A DNA stretch of 64,000 nucleotides, taken from contig BROI01000022.1 of assembly GCA_027923505.1 (NCBI GenBank), forward strand, positions 434,001 to 498,000. The letters are read 5' to 3'. Shown one piece after another: positions 42,921 through 53,761 of this stretch. Positions within the stretch are counted from its first letter, which is position 1, and every line of letters starts with the position of its first letter. This DNA comes from Mayamaea pseudoterrestris. Its lineage: Eukaryota. A program made the translations under genes and the position numbers. The notes beneath the pieces were generated by a model. It had not been told where the DNA came from, made no database searches, and saw only the letters and a list, made by a program, of their open reading frames with translations.

Positions 42921-43205
42921 CTACGACATGTCCCAACTCGGCGTGTCCTTCATTTCCCAAATCACTCCAGCCGTAGGCGAAACAGTCGTTCGTTTCATGT
43001 AATGCGTCCCTTGTATCATGCCATGTGCTTCCTCATGATTTTTGTTGAATTTGGCAGTCATGGCCGTTTTGACGTCGTCCCACTGCTTGGAGCAGTCGTC
43101 CAGCTTGCCGCACCGATAGAGTTGATCGCGCTGATAGGTGGCCGTCAAGCAACGACTCCATTCACTCCAGAATATGCCGAGCGGAACGACTTCCTTTGGT
43201 TGCAT
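42921..43205 (-). CDS. Emi1/DUF3128 (C22orf39)-like small protein
   Basis: C...YQ...LYR.G..DDCS.QW.D...M pattern and C-terminal IWE. Confidence 0.65.
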   Translation of the reverse strand: MQPKEVVPLGIFWSEWSRCLTATYQRDQLYRCGKLDDCSKQWDDVKTAMTAKFNKNHEEAHGMIQGTHYMKRTTVSPTAGVIWEMKDTPSWDMS

Positions 43206-43550
43206 TATGGTTTTAGTTTCTACGGTAGTGTAGCGGCTTATGTATCATATATATTACTTTGGCTTAGATAGGTTTCACACGAGTGCCATGGTGCATGGTG
43301 AGAGCGCAACGAGGAGTCGACGATTGATGATGGGCATCGTTCGTTCCATAAAAGTCGCACCGTTGCTTACAAAACGTCTTACCGGCACTCGATCTGGGGC
43401 AAACGGCGGAAGATCTGCTCGACGCCAAAGCAAGCATAGAGCTTTGGGAAGACTGCGGAGCATCAAGTCCCCTACTGTTTCTCTATCAAAATTCGGCGAA
43501 GGACAATTTAAAGCTGATGCACGTCCTCATCATGCCATATACTGCTTTGA

Positions 43551-44678
43551 CTAGTTCCTACACGGAAGAAACGTGTCCGTTTCTGCATCGTCATCCATGC
43601 TCGCATTGTTTGACACTTGCGTCAGCTCCATTGCCTCGCCAGAGCTAACTGCTGCAGCCATTTCATGCGCAGCAGCCTCGCTAAACGCTCCTTCATCCGC
43701 CGCCGCCGTGTGCTGCACCAGCGCATCGTCAATTGGCACAATGTCTCTTTCAGCACTTGCCTCTACTGTTGCATCCGCTTGCACCGACTCGCCAGCAGCA
43801 GCATTCGTCGTCACGGAAACTCCTGCTGCACTCACTTTTGTATTTGACCTCTTCCGTGGCGCCGTGGCACTCGTCGTCTTTCGCGCTTTGGCAATGCATG
43901 TGGCTGGCGGACTTCCCTTGAGCAGCAACAGGTTGCGTCCATTCGTGAGTTTCGGAGCGGCATGTTCGCGGGCCACCCACTTGTAGCAACTGCATGACTC
44001 GTAGAATACTTGCTCCAAACGCAGAATTTGAGGTAATATGTCCACAAGTTTCCAGTTTCCAACCTTGATATATGCTCGCTTCTCCATGTCAACGGTATTT
44101 GAAACAGCTTGCATGAGCGGAAGAGTCGGAAAGTAGTCAGAGTCACCACCTGGTTGATAGGACTGACTCATGAAATACAGTGCCGTCATGACCATTTCCT
44201 TGGCGTCGCAGTAGGCTGGCACCTTGCCTGGTTCCACCGCGAGGCAGCCGGCCTTGATGAAAAATTTCGTCGTGACGGATCCCTGCTCGTTTTCCAAAAT
44301 TCGCAGCAGACTGGCCAGAAAACTCAAGTCGCCCTCCTGCGCCAGCTGCAAGATGCGCTCGTCGCTCATGTTGGTGTCGATTGGCTTGCGCATCTTGTTG
44401 CGTCTTGGTAAAAGGTCTGGCGTGTCTGCAGTAGCATTCATGCTATCGGAGAGATCAATCTTGTGATTGTGGAGTAAATCTTGCAATATGATTTTTACAG
44501 GATGCGATAAAGAACATAGTTCCGACTGTAAGTATGCAAACCCCGTTCCTCTCTGGCGCTTGTGGCTGTTGACTGTGTCAACAACGTCCGCAATGGACAC
44601 GTGGGCATCAACTCGTTCCCTCGGTGGAAAGAAGGACGCGGGAGGTACCACCAAGTATGTGGATGGATAATGTGCCAT
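43551..44678 (-). CDS. Hypothetical protein
   Basis: ~375-codon ORF with a globular-looking middle and Ala/Thr/Glu-rich tail; no domain recognised; start uncertain. Confidence 0.6.
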   Translation of the reverse strand: MAHYPSTYLVVPPASFFPPRERVDAHVSIADVVDTVNSHKRQRGTGFAYLQSELCSLSHPVKIILQDLLHNHKIDLSDSMNATADTPDLLPRRNKMRKPIDTNMSDERILQLAQEGDLSFLASLLRILENEQGSVTTKFFIKAGCLAVEPGKVPAYCDAKEMVMTALYFMSQSYQPGGDSDYFPTLPLMQAVSNTVDMEKRAYIKVGNWKLVDILPQILRLEQVFYESCSCYKWVAREHAAPKLTNGRNLLLLKGSPPATCIAKARKTTSATAPRKRSNTKVSAAGVSVTTNAAAGESVQADATVEASAERDIVPIDDALVQHTAAADEGAFSEAAAHEMAAAVSSGEAMELTQVSNNASMDDDAETDTFLPCRN

Positions 44679-44886
44679 TGGTTGCTTTGATACTATCAAT
44701 TGATAAAACCACAACGTTTAATGATCGAGCGGTAGGCATGTATTGGTAGAATGGAAGGCCAAGCCTGCCATGGTGGCGCGCCATTGAAAGGTCGAATATC
44801 GTACCGGTATAAACATGTCTTAGCGGTAGTCGCCTGATCGCTGCAAATCGCAAGCAGTCAATGCATCAAAATGAACCAGAACAAAC

Positions 44887-46002
44887 ATGCGGACAACGAA
44901 ATGTAGGATCGTTTTGGTTGCCAATTGTATCTCCGTCGGATTTCTTCATGCTACTGCTGCCTTTACCATTGGGAAGACCGAAACATTTCGCGGCAATCAG
45001 CATGCCATCACTCGACACGACGCTGCACTTGTTCGACAAACACGTTGGCTAGGAAAGCGATTCGAAACGTCCAGACAGCATGATTATCATTTAAACATTC
45101 CGTCAACTATCATTCCAACAGCGGATTCTTCAGCAGCAGCAGACTCGATGACTACCAGTCCCGAGTATTGGCTCGACTTGCGAGGCGTTTCCATCTCTCC
45201 CAACGAAGCCATTCGATTTCTCAACACCTTGGTGGAAACAACAATAGACGAGAATGACGAAGAAGATGACACGAGTAACAGCGAAGCTGACTCAATGACT
45301 AGTAATATTCATTCGACCTTTGTCAACCGCATACTCATAGACGAGTCGGCGTTTACGAATCGTGTCAAGACTTCGGCGCTCAACATTTCCGGCGTCATTT
45401 CGCTTCTACTGTTCCACACTGCTCCCGACGGCGTTTCGACCGTGACTAGCATGGATCGCGAACACCAAATCAGTTTTGGGCCGTTTGCGCGCGTCTTGGA
45501 TGCGCAGCCCGATCGAAACTTGGACGTAATACTCGCCATGGATACTGTTCTGGGGCAGAGCAAGTGGATTTTGATTGAAACCAAGCGAGGCTACTTGCAA
45601 GAGTCGGTCGAGTGGATGTCCAAGCAAGTGGCAAGCTTGTACGACTTGCTATCAAGCTCGTACGGGAGTGTTGGAAATGATGACGAAAATGATTTTGGTA
45701 GTGGAGGGTTGATCGTTCCGACGTCGTCAATGTCGACTGACATGGTCAATGATGCGACAATATCAGCTGGCGGCGGAGGCATTGCCGTGACGGTTCCCAC
45801 GGCAGCCGCGTTATTGGATATTGATTTCACCTTGATGCAACTGGCACTGGCGCGGCAGATGAAGGCATCGTCAAGCAAGAGCGACATCATGTTGCCAGCA
45901 ACTCTTCAAAACCAGCGGCGAGCGAACCTACGGACCGCTTTGGTTGTTCCGTTTGATGTTGATATATGGCGGCTACTACTAGACTCGAGGCAAGCATCAT
46001 AG
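44887..46002 (+). CDS. Hypothetical plastid-targeted protein
   Basis: 371-aa ORF; signal peptide with TAA-F followed by a basic transit-like segment. Confidence 0.65.
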   Translation: MRTTKCRIVLVANCISVGFLHATAAFTIGKTETFRGNQHAITRHDAALVRQTRWLGKRFETSRQHDYHLNIPSTIIPTADSSAAADSMTTSPEYWLDLRGVSISPNEAIRFLNTLVETTIDENDEEDDTSNSEADSMTSNIHSTFVNRILIDESAFTNRVKTSALNISGVISLLLFHTAPDGVSTVTSMDREHQISFGPFARVLDAQPDRNLDVILAMDTVLGQSKWILIETKRGYLQESVEWMSKQVASLYDLLSSSYGSVGNDDENDFGSGGLIVPTSSMSTDMVNDATISAGGGGIAVTVPTAAALLDIDFTLMQLALARQMKASSSKSDIMLPATLQNQRRANLRTALVVPFDVDIWRLLLDSRQAS

Positions 46003-46362
46003 ACCTTTTCAATACATTGATTCGCTAATTGTCATCGGACCTGGTGCAGCGTCGTTAATCGAGCTTCGTTGGTCGATATGCTTTGCTAGAAACGACGATA
46101 CGCATCGTAGCTTTATAGGATGTTTCCCTAGCGCTGCATTCGTTACCCAAGATTTTGTTCTGATGAATGAGGGCAAGGCGATGGCATGGGCGCGCGACGA
46201 GGCGTTCGATCCATGGAATAGTTTGTGTCGCATCGGTATTAATGTAACCAGTGCGACGACGAAAAAAGATTGTAAACCGCACATTCCATGAAAACAGACA
46301 TGCTAGTTTGATTGCAAAAGACCTTGTTAAAACTTTTGTAACAATCTACAAGTAAAAACCAA

Positions 46363-47886
46363 ATGACTCGTGTCAAGTTTTTAAAACGACGACGCAGTCA
46401 ATCAACGTACCGATGGTTTTTCGCTGCATTGTTTCTCGTAGCGTTGATCGTCGGCTGTGCTGTTTACACGCAACTCGGTATAAATGTAGATGCTCCCTTA
46501 CTGTTTAATGTGAACATGTTTCCATATTCTCCTTTTACGAAACACGAAACTCCTCCAATTGTGATTGCCTATGCTATTAGCTTGATCCAGTGCGGCGACC
46601 ATCAAAGTAACGCAGCTGGAATGACGGACGCTGCCGCTGTCTTGGCGCATTCCATTCACCAGCATTCAAGTAGAAACAAGCACAATACGAAAAATAGTCA
46701 ACTGACAGCAAGCGGTGGAAGGTATGACTACAAGCTCTACGCGATTGTCCACGAGCAAGCAGTGGAGTGCAGTCAATTGCTCGAAAACATTGGCTATCAG
46801 CGTATCATTGTACCTGCACCCTTTCAACTGGATGACATTAACGACCTTGTGCTGCGGAGAACCATGCGCAATGCTTGGTGCTGTGGACACAATGAGTTTG
46901 TCAAGCTGCATGCCTACAATATAACGGATCATCCATTGGTGGTGCATTTGGATGTGGACTTTTTGATGACGAAGCCAATGGATGATTTATTTGATCTCAT
47001 GCTCCACAACGTAAGACATGATTACGCAAACGATACAATCCTTGAAAACATGCGTCGAAACGTTCCGCGCGAAACAAATTCATGGGTCAATCCGCCCAAT
47101 CACTGGCCCGAAAATATTCAAGCCGCATTTACGCGCGATTGGCCACAGATGCGACCTGGCCGAAGGCCTGGCTTCCAGGCGGGTTTCATTGTGCTGAAAC
47201 CGAACGAAACCATGTTTCACGACATCGTTCATACTATCTTGAACACGCCATATGTGGAGGATTTTTCGAGACAAAATGGATGGGGTGCCGCTGGATATGG
47301 CATGTACGTTGGAGCGGCGGCCATGCAGGGACTATTGGCGTACTACTATGACACGTTTCATAATGACAGCTGGATTGAATTGAATCAATGTCAATTCAAC
47401 CACATGGGCATGGACTTGAGATGGAGGGATCTGCCGAACGCACCCGCTAGTACTGGCCATCCGCAGTATGGTACGTGTCGAAACGGCATGAAAGAGTGCG
47501 AGGATTGCCAACACACACCAGTCGAACATATTTATAGCATCCACTACACGCAGTGCCGCAAGCCGTGGAACTGCATTGGACAAGGCACAGGCGAGTTTCC
47601 GACGGACCCGATGGCCATTCCGGAGAATAATGTCATTTTGACGCACTGCATGGAGCTTCAGCGCGTGTGGCATGACTACCGAAGTGATTTGGAGCAGCAA
47701 CTGCTAACGTTGCAAAGCAACGACGGTAATGTTCATGCGGCAAACGCCATTTCCAAAGGCCAGAGTGGCAATTACATGCGTGATGTTTTTCAAGGACATT
47801 GCACCAGCAACGGAGGCCAAGGTTACATGCCGATTGGAGGTCACGATAGCGTGATTATGAGACGAATACCGGAGCTGTATCGTTGA
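46363..47886 (+). CDS. Type II membrane glycosyltransferase, GT8-like
   Basis: N-terminal TM anchor; AAVLAHSI, EFVKLHAY, HLDVD (DxD), QAGFIVLKP, QGLL, HYTQCRKPW. Confidence 0.82.
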   Translation: MTRVKFLKRRRSQSTYRWFFAALFLVALIVGCAVYTQLGINVDAPLLFNVNMFPYSPFTKHETPPIVIAYAISLIQCGDHQSNAAGMTDAAAVLAHSIHQHSSRNKHNTKNSQLTASGGRYDYKLYAIVHEQAVECSQLLENIGYQRIIVPAPFQLDDINDLVLRRTMRNAWCCGHNEFVKLHAYNITDHPLVVHLDVDFLMTKPMDDLFDLMLHNVRHDYANDTILENMRRNVPRETNSWVNPPNHWPENIQAAFTRDWPQMRPGRRPGFQAGFIVLKPNETMFHDIVHTILNTPYVEDFSRQNGWGAAGYGMYVGAAAMQGLLAYYYDTFHNDSWIELNQCQFNHMGMDLRWRDLPNAPASTGHPQYGTCRNGMKECEDCQHTPVEHIYSIHYTQCRKPWNCIGQGTGEFPTDPMAIPENNVILTHCMELQRVWHDYRSDLEQQLLTLQSNDGNVHAANAISKGQSGNYMRDVFQGHCTSNGGQGYMPIGGHDSVIMRRIPELYR

Positions 47887-48526
47887 ATTGGTCCGGTGTT
47901 AAAAGAACAAATTGAAGACAGGTGAGCTACTAGTAAGTACAATACGCGGTTTTACGGGACAAGGCAAGTCCGAATGGAGCTCGGCGAATTTACACCGCCA
48001 GCTTCGAATCGTCTCCGCCATGCGAGGGAGACATGCAGAGCATTTTCATTGTGCCTGCCAATGCCGATACAAAAGTCTGCTATCGTTTTAGAGACGACTC
48101 CGTAAAAGGTTTCCTGCCACCGAGATTTGTGGTGTGAGAAGTAACCGAGTCGAACAATTTTGTCGTGCTTTGCCTCATGCACTTCTCGCTTCACATTTTG
48201 CAGAAGCTCATTGATTGATCGGTTGCCGCAAAAGCGGGCCTTGGCATCCATCGTTATATCATTTCGTTATTGAAGAACAAAAAACCTTCCGCCGGTGTTC
48301 CCACAAATATATGGCGCAACCTTGTTCCATAACTGCTCGTGTGTCGACCGACGATGCATCTATCAGTATCGTATCATGATACTAAATCAGAAACAAGTTG
48401 ATTAAATAGAATAGAGCAAATGGATGTAATAAATACTGTCAATATCATAATTTATAGTAGCGTGATATACTTCTTTATAACGAAGACAAGCATTGCGAAA
48501 CGAGCTTGATCGACACAGCATGAGCT

Positions 48527-50029
48527 TCATATCGGAATATTCTCTTCGTCGTCTTCTTGATCAACAATATCAGCTTCCAAGTCATGAGACATGTTTAAAA
48601 AATGTAGGGCCGCTTGAAGCGTGACCAAGCTGTAGCCTTCTCGCCCACGCAACAATTGCTCGTCCCTCGCAAACTCTTCCAAAAAGACCACTTCAGCATT
48701 CAGATTAACCACCCGGGCGACAATCACGTGCTGACAAACCATTTTTAGCAGCGAGTCGGCTCCAACGCTGCGCCCTCGTGAGTTGCTCGACAAAAAGTGT
48801 TCTGACAGTCGCTCCAAAAAGGCAACGCAGTAGCGGAGCTTGTCAACCGGCGAATGGGCTTCGGGCAACAGTCGAAGGGCATTCAACGCGTCGATTGTAA
48901 TCGACGATGCCATTTTGGCCGACATTTTATCATTGTCGGCAGTAAAAACAGCAAACTTTTGACTCAGCGCACGGTCCATTTCCGCCGTCTCGCCCTTGAT
49001 TTCATCCATTACCATGTCATAGATGTTACCAAATACTAGACTTTCGACAGCACTAGCTGTCAATTCCGTCACGCCTGCTGTTGCCCCAAAGTTTGGTCGG
49101 ACTTCCAGCAAGGTGGCCGTAACATACTTGATCAGCGCATGCGCATCGTCCCGCCTCGCTCGAGGAGAAGTGGCCAAGATGGATGGATTCGTCTCCAAGT
49201 AGTGGTTGCGATCGACGCAGCGCTTGGTAAAGACGGCAATTAACTCGCGGTATACGTATCCAGGCAAACTCGTCTTGTCGCTGAGTGCTCGACCAACGAG
49301 CAACAGCACCTTGTCGTTAGTTGGTATTTCGCCTTCATCCGTCTTGATGATATCAGCGTCTCGTCGATAGCGATCGTGCGTCGTGGCATCCACTAGAAAC
49401 GGAATGGACAATTGACTCAACTGGTTTGGCGCATTTTTGCGTATATCCGCATAAATCTGATTCCACACTGGATCCATTTGCACATTGGGTCGCACCAGCA
49501 ACACCTTGCGCGACGTGCCGGTCTCACCCATGGTCAAGATTCGCCGATCCGCACTCTCCTGAATGGAGTCCTGAATCTGCTGCGCCGTAAATCCTGCACC
49601 CGCCACACTCGCCACGACAACGCCCATGCCGACGCTGCCTTCCAGTATGACGCCCAGCGCCGTGCCACCGCCCAGCCGCCAGCCCGCAAAGGCACCCACT
49701 GGACCAGCCAAGACGAAACCGGCAACGCCGCCGGCGAACGCGGCGCCCACCACTTGTGGTGTAAAGACACTCGTCTTGACCTTGTCGAACAAGTTGCGGT
49801 TGTCGGGTGTAGCGTCGAGTGACACAACGTCGTTTTGCTGATCATGTACTACTTGTCGCTGACTTGGTTGCGTTGCATCGAATGGAGAATTTCGACCATC
49901 TGCATCAACAGTCTCCTGTAGCTGCGCCTGCGCTGCAATGCTTCGATGCCCGGGGTATCCACTCCATTGTCTCGTCTGCGGTGTTGTCGTCGTGTTGTTG
50001 GTATTGGTTGAGTCTGAAGTGCTAGTGTT

Positions 50030-50107
<78 letters not shown>

Positions 50108-51109
50108 ACTCGCTTCCGCATCAGTCGCTGTCGTCGTCGCCGACTGCGCAAAGAACGCCGTGATATTCTCCTGCAACGCCTTGGAGACACTGGCAAACGG
50201 ATGGTTGGCGTAGTGGAGGGGGACGGAACTGTTTTCTGGCGCTTGCTGATTGTCAATGTCGTTGCTGCTGTCGTCATTGTTGTCGTCTGGCGCTTGTTGG
50301 TTTTCATTGCTGTTGTTGATATTGTTATTATTCTTGCTGTCGTTATTCAGTGGATCATCCGGCATGGACGACGAAGACGACGAGCCACTCTTGGCAAGCG
50401 ACATGGACGGCAGAGCAGAAGGAGCTTGCGGCACGTCGTCACACGCCGTCGGATCCGTGCATGCGTCAAAACTGTCGGTAGTTTCGACTGGATCCACGAA
50501 TAGCATGCTGTCGTCCATTGCTGCGTCGTCGCTCGGTAATTCCACGCACTCTCCATCGTCGTCATCGTCGTCGTCGTCGTCGTCGTCTATAATGACTTGC
50601 CGACTGCCGTCGCTTCCATTTATACTACCTTTTGTATTATGCATTGCCACTTTTGCCGCATTGATTGGACAGGGCGTCATGCTCCATGCTGCTACACTGT
50701 GATTCGACGACAATGCGCAGGACCGATGCGCCAAGGCGCCGCACGCCAAGCACTTGACGACTTGGCTGCTGCTACTATTGCTACTATTGCTACCGTCGCT
50801 ACCACTACCAAACACACTGTGGAGTCGCACGTTGCAAACGATGCATTTTTGCAAGGAAAATAGCAAAAAGTGGACGGTTTGAAAGGAGTGGTAGTGATTC
50901 GGATGTAGACAAACTTGCGAGTGTTCCATGTGGAAAATGGTTCGCTCGAGGATTGACAGTGGCGTCGTGGTGTTTGAGGATGGAGCATCAACTATGGCAC
51001 TCTCCATGACATAATCTTGTTCATTGTTACTGCAAGATAATGGGTCGTTCATGTTGATGTTGTTAATCGTGATGGACAAACGTTCGAGTGATGCGGCAGC
51101 GTCCTCCAT
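48527..51109 (-). CDS. VPS9-domain Rab5 GEF with N-terminal C1-type zinc finger and glycine-zipper segment
   Basis: HSF...CIVC...CLACGALAHRSC...C (C1); SPVDKL, VGADSLL, GREGYSLVTLQAAL (VPS9); start taken at MEDAAAS because the longer ORF overlaps the next gene. Confidence 0.85.
50033..50107. repeat. (GCA)n trinucleotide repeat encoding 25 Ala in the VPS9 gene
   Basis: 75-bp tract, 24 GCA plus one GCG on the minus strand. Confidence 0.95.
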
Positions 51110-51299
51110 GGTTGTTCTTCGGAACATGACGAGTGCCGGTACGATCATTCGGAACCAGTGCGACGAATCATGCCGCCGCGCCATTGGCGCGCCATGCGCA
51201 AAACGAATGAGCGACATGCCATCCAGCAAATTGATCCCGGCTTTTGTTGCTTCTGTACTTTTGCAACAATGACTAGATAAAGCAGCTGCTACCAATAAT

Positions 51300-52670
51300 A
51301 TGAAGAAACTGTGTGCTCTGTTGATAGTCATTCATCTAATTCATTGGTGTGTGGCATCGACGGCGCCATTACTGCGCGGCAATCATCACGACCAACATGA
51401 AAGCATCATCAACTACAATGTTACGTTGGTCGTTCCACTCCACGAAAAGTCGGGTACCATGCACCTGAACATGTACGTCGGACAGCCGAGTGTGAAAAAG
51501 ACGCTCATTGTCGATACGGGAAGTCGACTCGCCGCGTGGAAGTGCGACCATGCGACTAACAACAAGGAGACGAATAGTCATCAACTCGAAAACACTTTCA
51601 GTAGTACCACACTCCAAACGATCCAGTGCGACTCCTGCCAATATCCCGGAGCAGTGTGCAGCAACAATGATGCCTGTCAATTGACGCAGAAATACACCGA
51701 AGGAAGTAGCTGGACGGCCACGGAAGTGACCGATCTTGTAAGCTTGGAGTTGCTACAAGACGACATTATACGGACAATGATTGACCAAGACGCGCTCGAT
51801 ACTTCGGGCATTATCTTTCGCTTTGGCTGTCAGACGCAACTGACGGGACTCTTTCAGAGGCAATACGCCGACGGCATTTTGGGACTGGAGCAGTCGCCGC
51901 ATAGCTTGGTGCGTCAGCTGCACCGGCAGCAGTTGCTGCCTTCGAACTCGTTTTCGCTCTGTCTTGGTGGTAGTAGTGATGATAGTGAAAACAGCGGCAG
52001 TGGACTATTGGGATTGGGCGGCTCCCTGCAGAGTCGGCATTTACACACAATGAAGTACACGCCGCTGGTGCGAAGAGACAAGGCGGAGACGGGGCTCTAC
52101 GTGGTGCAGGTGGTGCAAGTTTGGATTGGAGGCACTTGTGTGGCGTGTCATGACGATCGCTGGGTGCGGGCCTTTGCGACGGGTCCTGGAACCGTTTTGG
52201 ATTCGGTACGTACTCTCCATATCTTGGTTGTGACAGTTGCGCCAGTCGATACTGAACCTTCACATCATTCGCGACGCCTTTTTCAACAGGGTACAACGGA
52301 TACATATCTCCCAATGCAACTCAGTGAGGAGTTTGCCAGAGTATGGGAGAAGGAGAGCGGATTCTCATACTACAAACGAACCAAGCGATACTCCTACGAC
52401 GAGTTTCTTCGCCTTCCAGATATTCGGTTCGTATTCAAAGGCAATGTCACACTCCAAGCACTGCCATTGGCATACATGGAAGGCGCATTATCGACACGTT
52501 GGACTGGACGACGAGAGCTGTCGAATCGCATTCATGTCAATGAGCCAAAGGGAGCCGTCTTGGGCATGAACGTGCAGCGAAACCATGACATTCACTATGA
52601 GGCTGATCGTATTGGCTTTGCCAAGGCGGATTGTCGACCAAAACAACAAGGCGACGCTGTTGCTGCGTAA
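51300..52670 (+). CDS. Secreted A1 aspartic protease; intron 52206-52289
   Basis: Signal peptide, IVDTGS, YTEGSSW, FGC, ADGILGL, FSLCL, spliced VLDSGTT, VLG, IGFAKADC. Confidence 0.9.
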   Translation: MKKLCALLIVIHLIHWCVASTAPLLRGNHHDQHESIINYNVTLVVPLHEKSGTMHLNMYVGQPSVKKTLIVDTGSRLAAWKCDHATNNKETNSHQLENTFSSTTLQTIQCDSCQYPGAVCSNNDACQLTQKYTEGSSWTATEVTDLVSLELLQDDIIRTMIDQDALDTSGIIFRFGCQTQLTGLFQRQYADGILGLEQSPHSLVRQLHRQQLLPSNSFSLCLGGSSDDSENSGSGLLGLGGSLQSRHLHTMKYTPLVRRDKAETGLYVVQVVQVWIGGTCVACHDDRWVRAFATGPGTVLDSVRTLHILVVTVAPVDTEPSHHSRRLFQQGTTDTYLPMQLSEEFARVWEKESGFSYYKRTKRYSYDEFLRLPDIRFVFKGNVTLQALPLAYMEGALSTRWTGRRELSNRIHVNEPKGAVLGMNVQRNHDIHYEADRIGFAKADCRPKQQGDAVAA

Positions 52671-52842
52671 AGTGGCTGCTAGTAGTTACAATTGTTTCTT
52701 TTTAATGACAATACTGAAGTAACCTGTGATGTAGATCAATCTTTTACTGTCCGGAAATGTAGGAACGCAACGAATATTGCCCTGCGCCATCGCCTCACTC
52801 TACATCCAATTTCAATTTGCTGCTGCAATCATAATTCACCCG

Positions 52843-53616
52843 TCACTTCGACATCTTGAGCATTTCGCTACTCTCTTCTTGTCCATTGTTTCGTTCCAAT
52901 CGCCACTGACAAACAACAGCTGGCTCACTACCAAGTGGTCGTCCTTGGTGCGAAACGCCAAACACACCATCGCTCAGCGCAAGCACCGCATCCAGTGGAT
53001 GGTGCGGCAGCAGCTGCACTTGATCGTGTATCTTCAAAAAGTTGACCCACTCGCTGCGCTTGCCGTCGTTGCTGTTGCAATTCTCGAAAGAGCCGCCGCC
53101 AAGTAGTGTTGTCGATTCCTGTTGTCGCCAAATAAGTTTCGAGTCATGCGTCAATTCTACGCCGGGCGCCTCCATGGCGGCGCCACTTCCAACCGACCGC
53201 GCCCAGTAGTAGCCACCCACATGGTGGTTGTTCAAGCCAAGGACCAGGTGTGCCTGCGTGTTGCGTGGTAGATCCAACGTGGCCAGTGATTGTTCGTCTT
53301 TGGCTCGTTTGACGCGCGCATGCAAGTAAAACAAACCACTTGGAATGGAAGAATCAAGTGCCTGAAATGGTTCTGCGTTTGCATCGAACGAATGAATACA
53401 ATCGATCGATACATTGATTGGAACTAAAAAGTGATGATTGTCGAGCCGCAGCCGCGGAATCAGAGCCGACTTTTGTCTCACAGTCAATTGTCGCTGCAGA
53501 AACTGAACGTCCACGAGCAATGAAGGTGTCCGAACGTCGCTCAAGAGCGTCTGAAGACTGTCAGCGTAATGTAAACACAATGAAAGAATGGATAACCACA
53601 ACAATGGTCGTGCCAT
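52843..53616 (-). CDS. Signal-peptide protein resembling only the termini of D-threonine aldolase/D-serine dehydratase
   Basis: LSDVRTPSLLVD...LQR at the N-terminus; LKIHDQVQLLPHH...VVCQW at the C-terminus. Confidence 0.65.
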   Translation of the reverse strand: MARPLLWLSILSLCLHYADSLQTLLSDVRTPSLLVDVQFLQRQLTVRQKSALIPRLRLDNHHFLVPINVSIDCIHSFDANAEPFQALDSSIPSGLFYLHARVKRAKDEQSLATLDLPRNTQAHLVLGLNNHHVGGYYWARSVGSGAAMEAPGVELTHDSKLIWRQQESTTLLGGGSFENCNSNDGKRSEWVNFLKIHDQVQLLPHHPLDAVLALSDGVFGVSHQGRPLGSEPAVVCQWRLERNNGQEESSEMLKMSK

Positions 53617-53761
53617 GGCTCTTGCAATTGATTCATTTTGTTGCAATGGATTTTTGTGGACGCTTTTAGGCAAGTACCGTTCAGACACCTGTTGAACGTC
53701 TTAGCGGTACTGAAGGTTTTTTTTGTCGCATCCACATTTTCGGCCATCACAAGTTGTCACC

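Noticed and set aside
44887..46002. 3-dehydroquinate synthase II-like assignment
   Set aside because: Only a vague strand pattern; the diagnostic motifs are absent, so it is left as hypothetical.
47952..48251. 99-aa minus-strand ORF in an intergenic gap
   Set aside because: No recognisable motif or splice support; could be chance.
49849..50307. PolyQ ORF
   Set aside because: Alternative frame of the GCA repeat inside the VPS9 gene.
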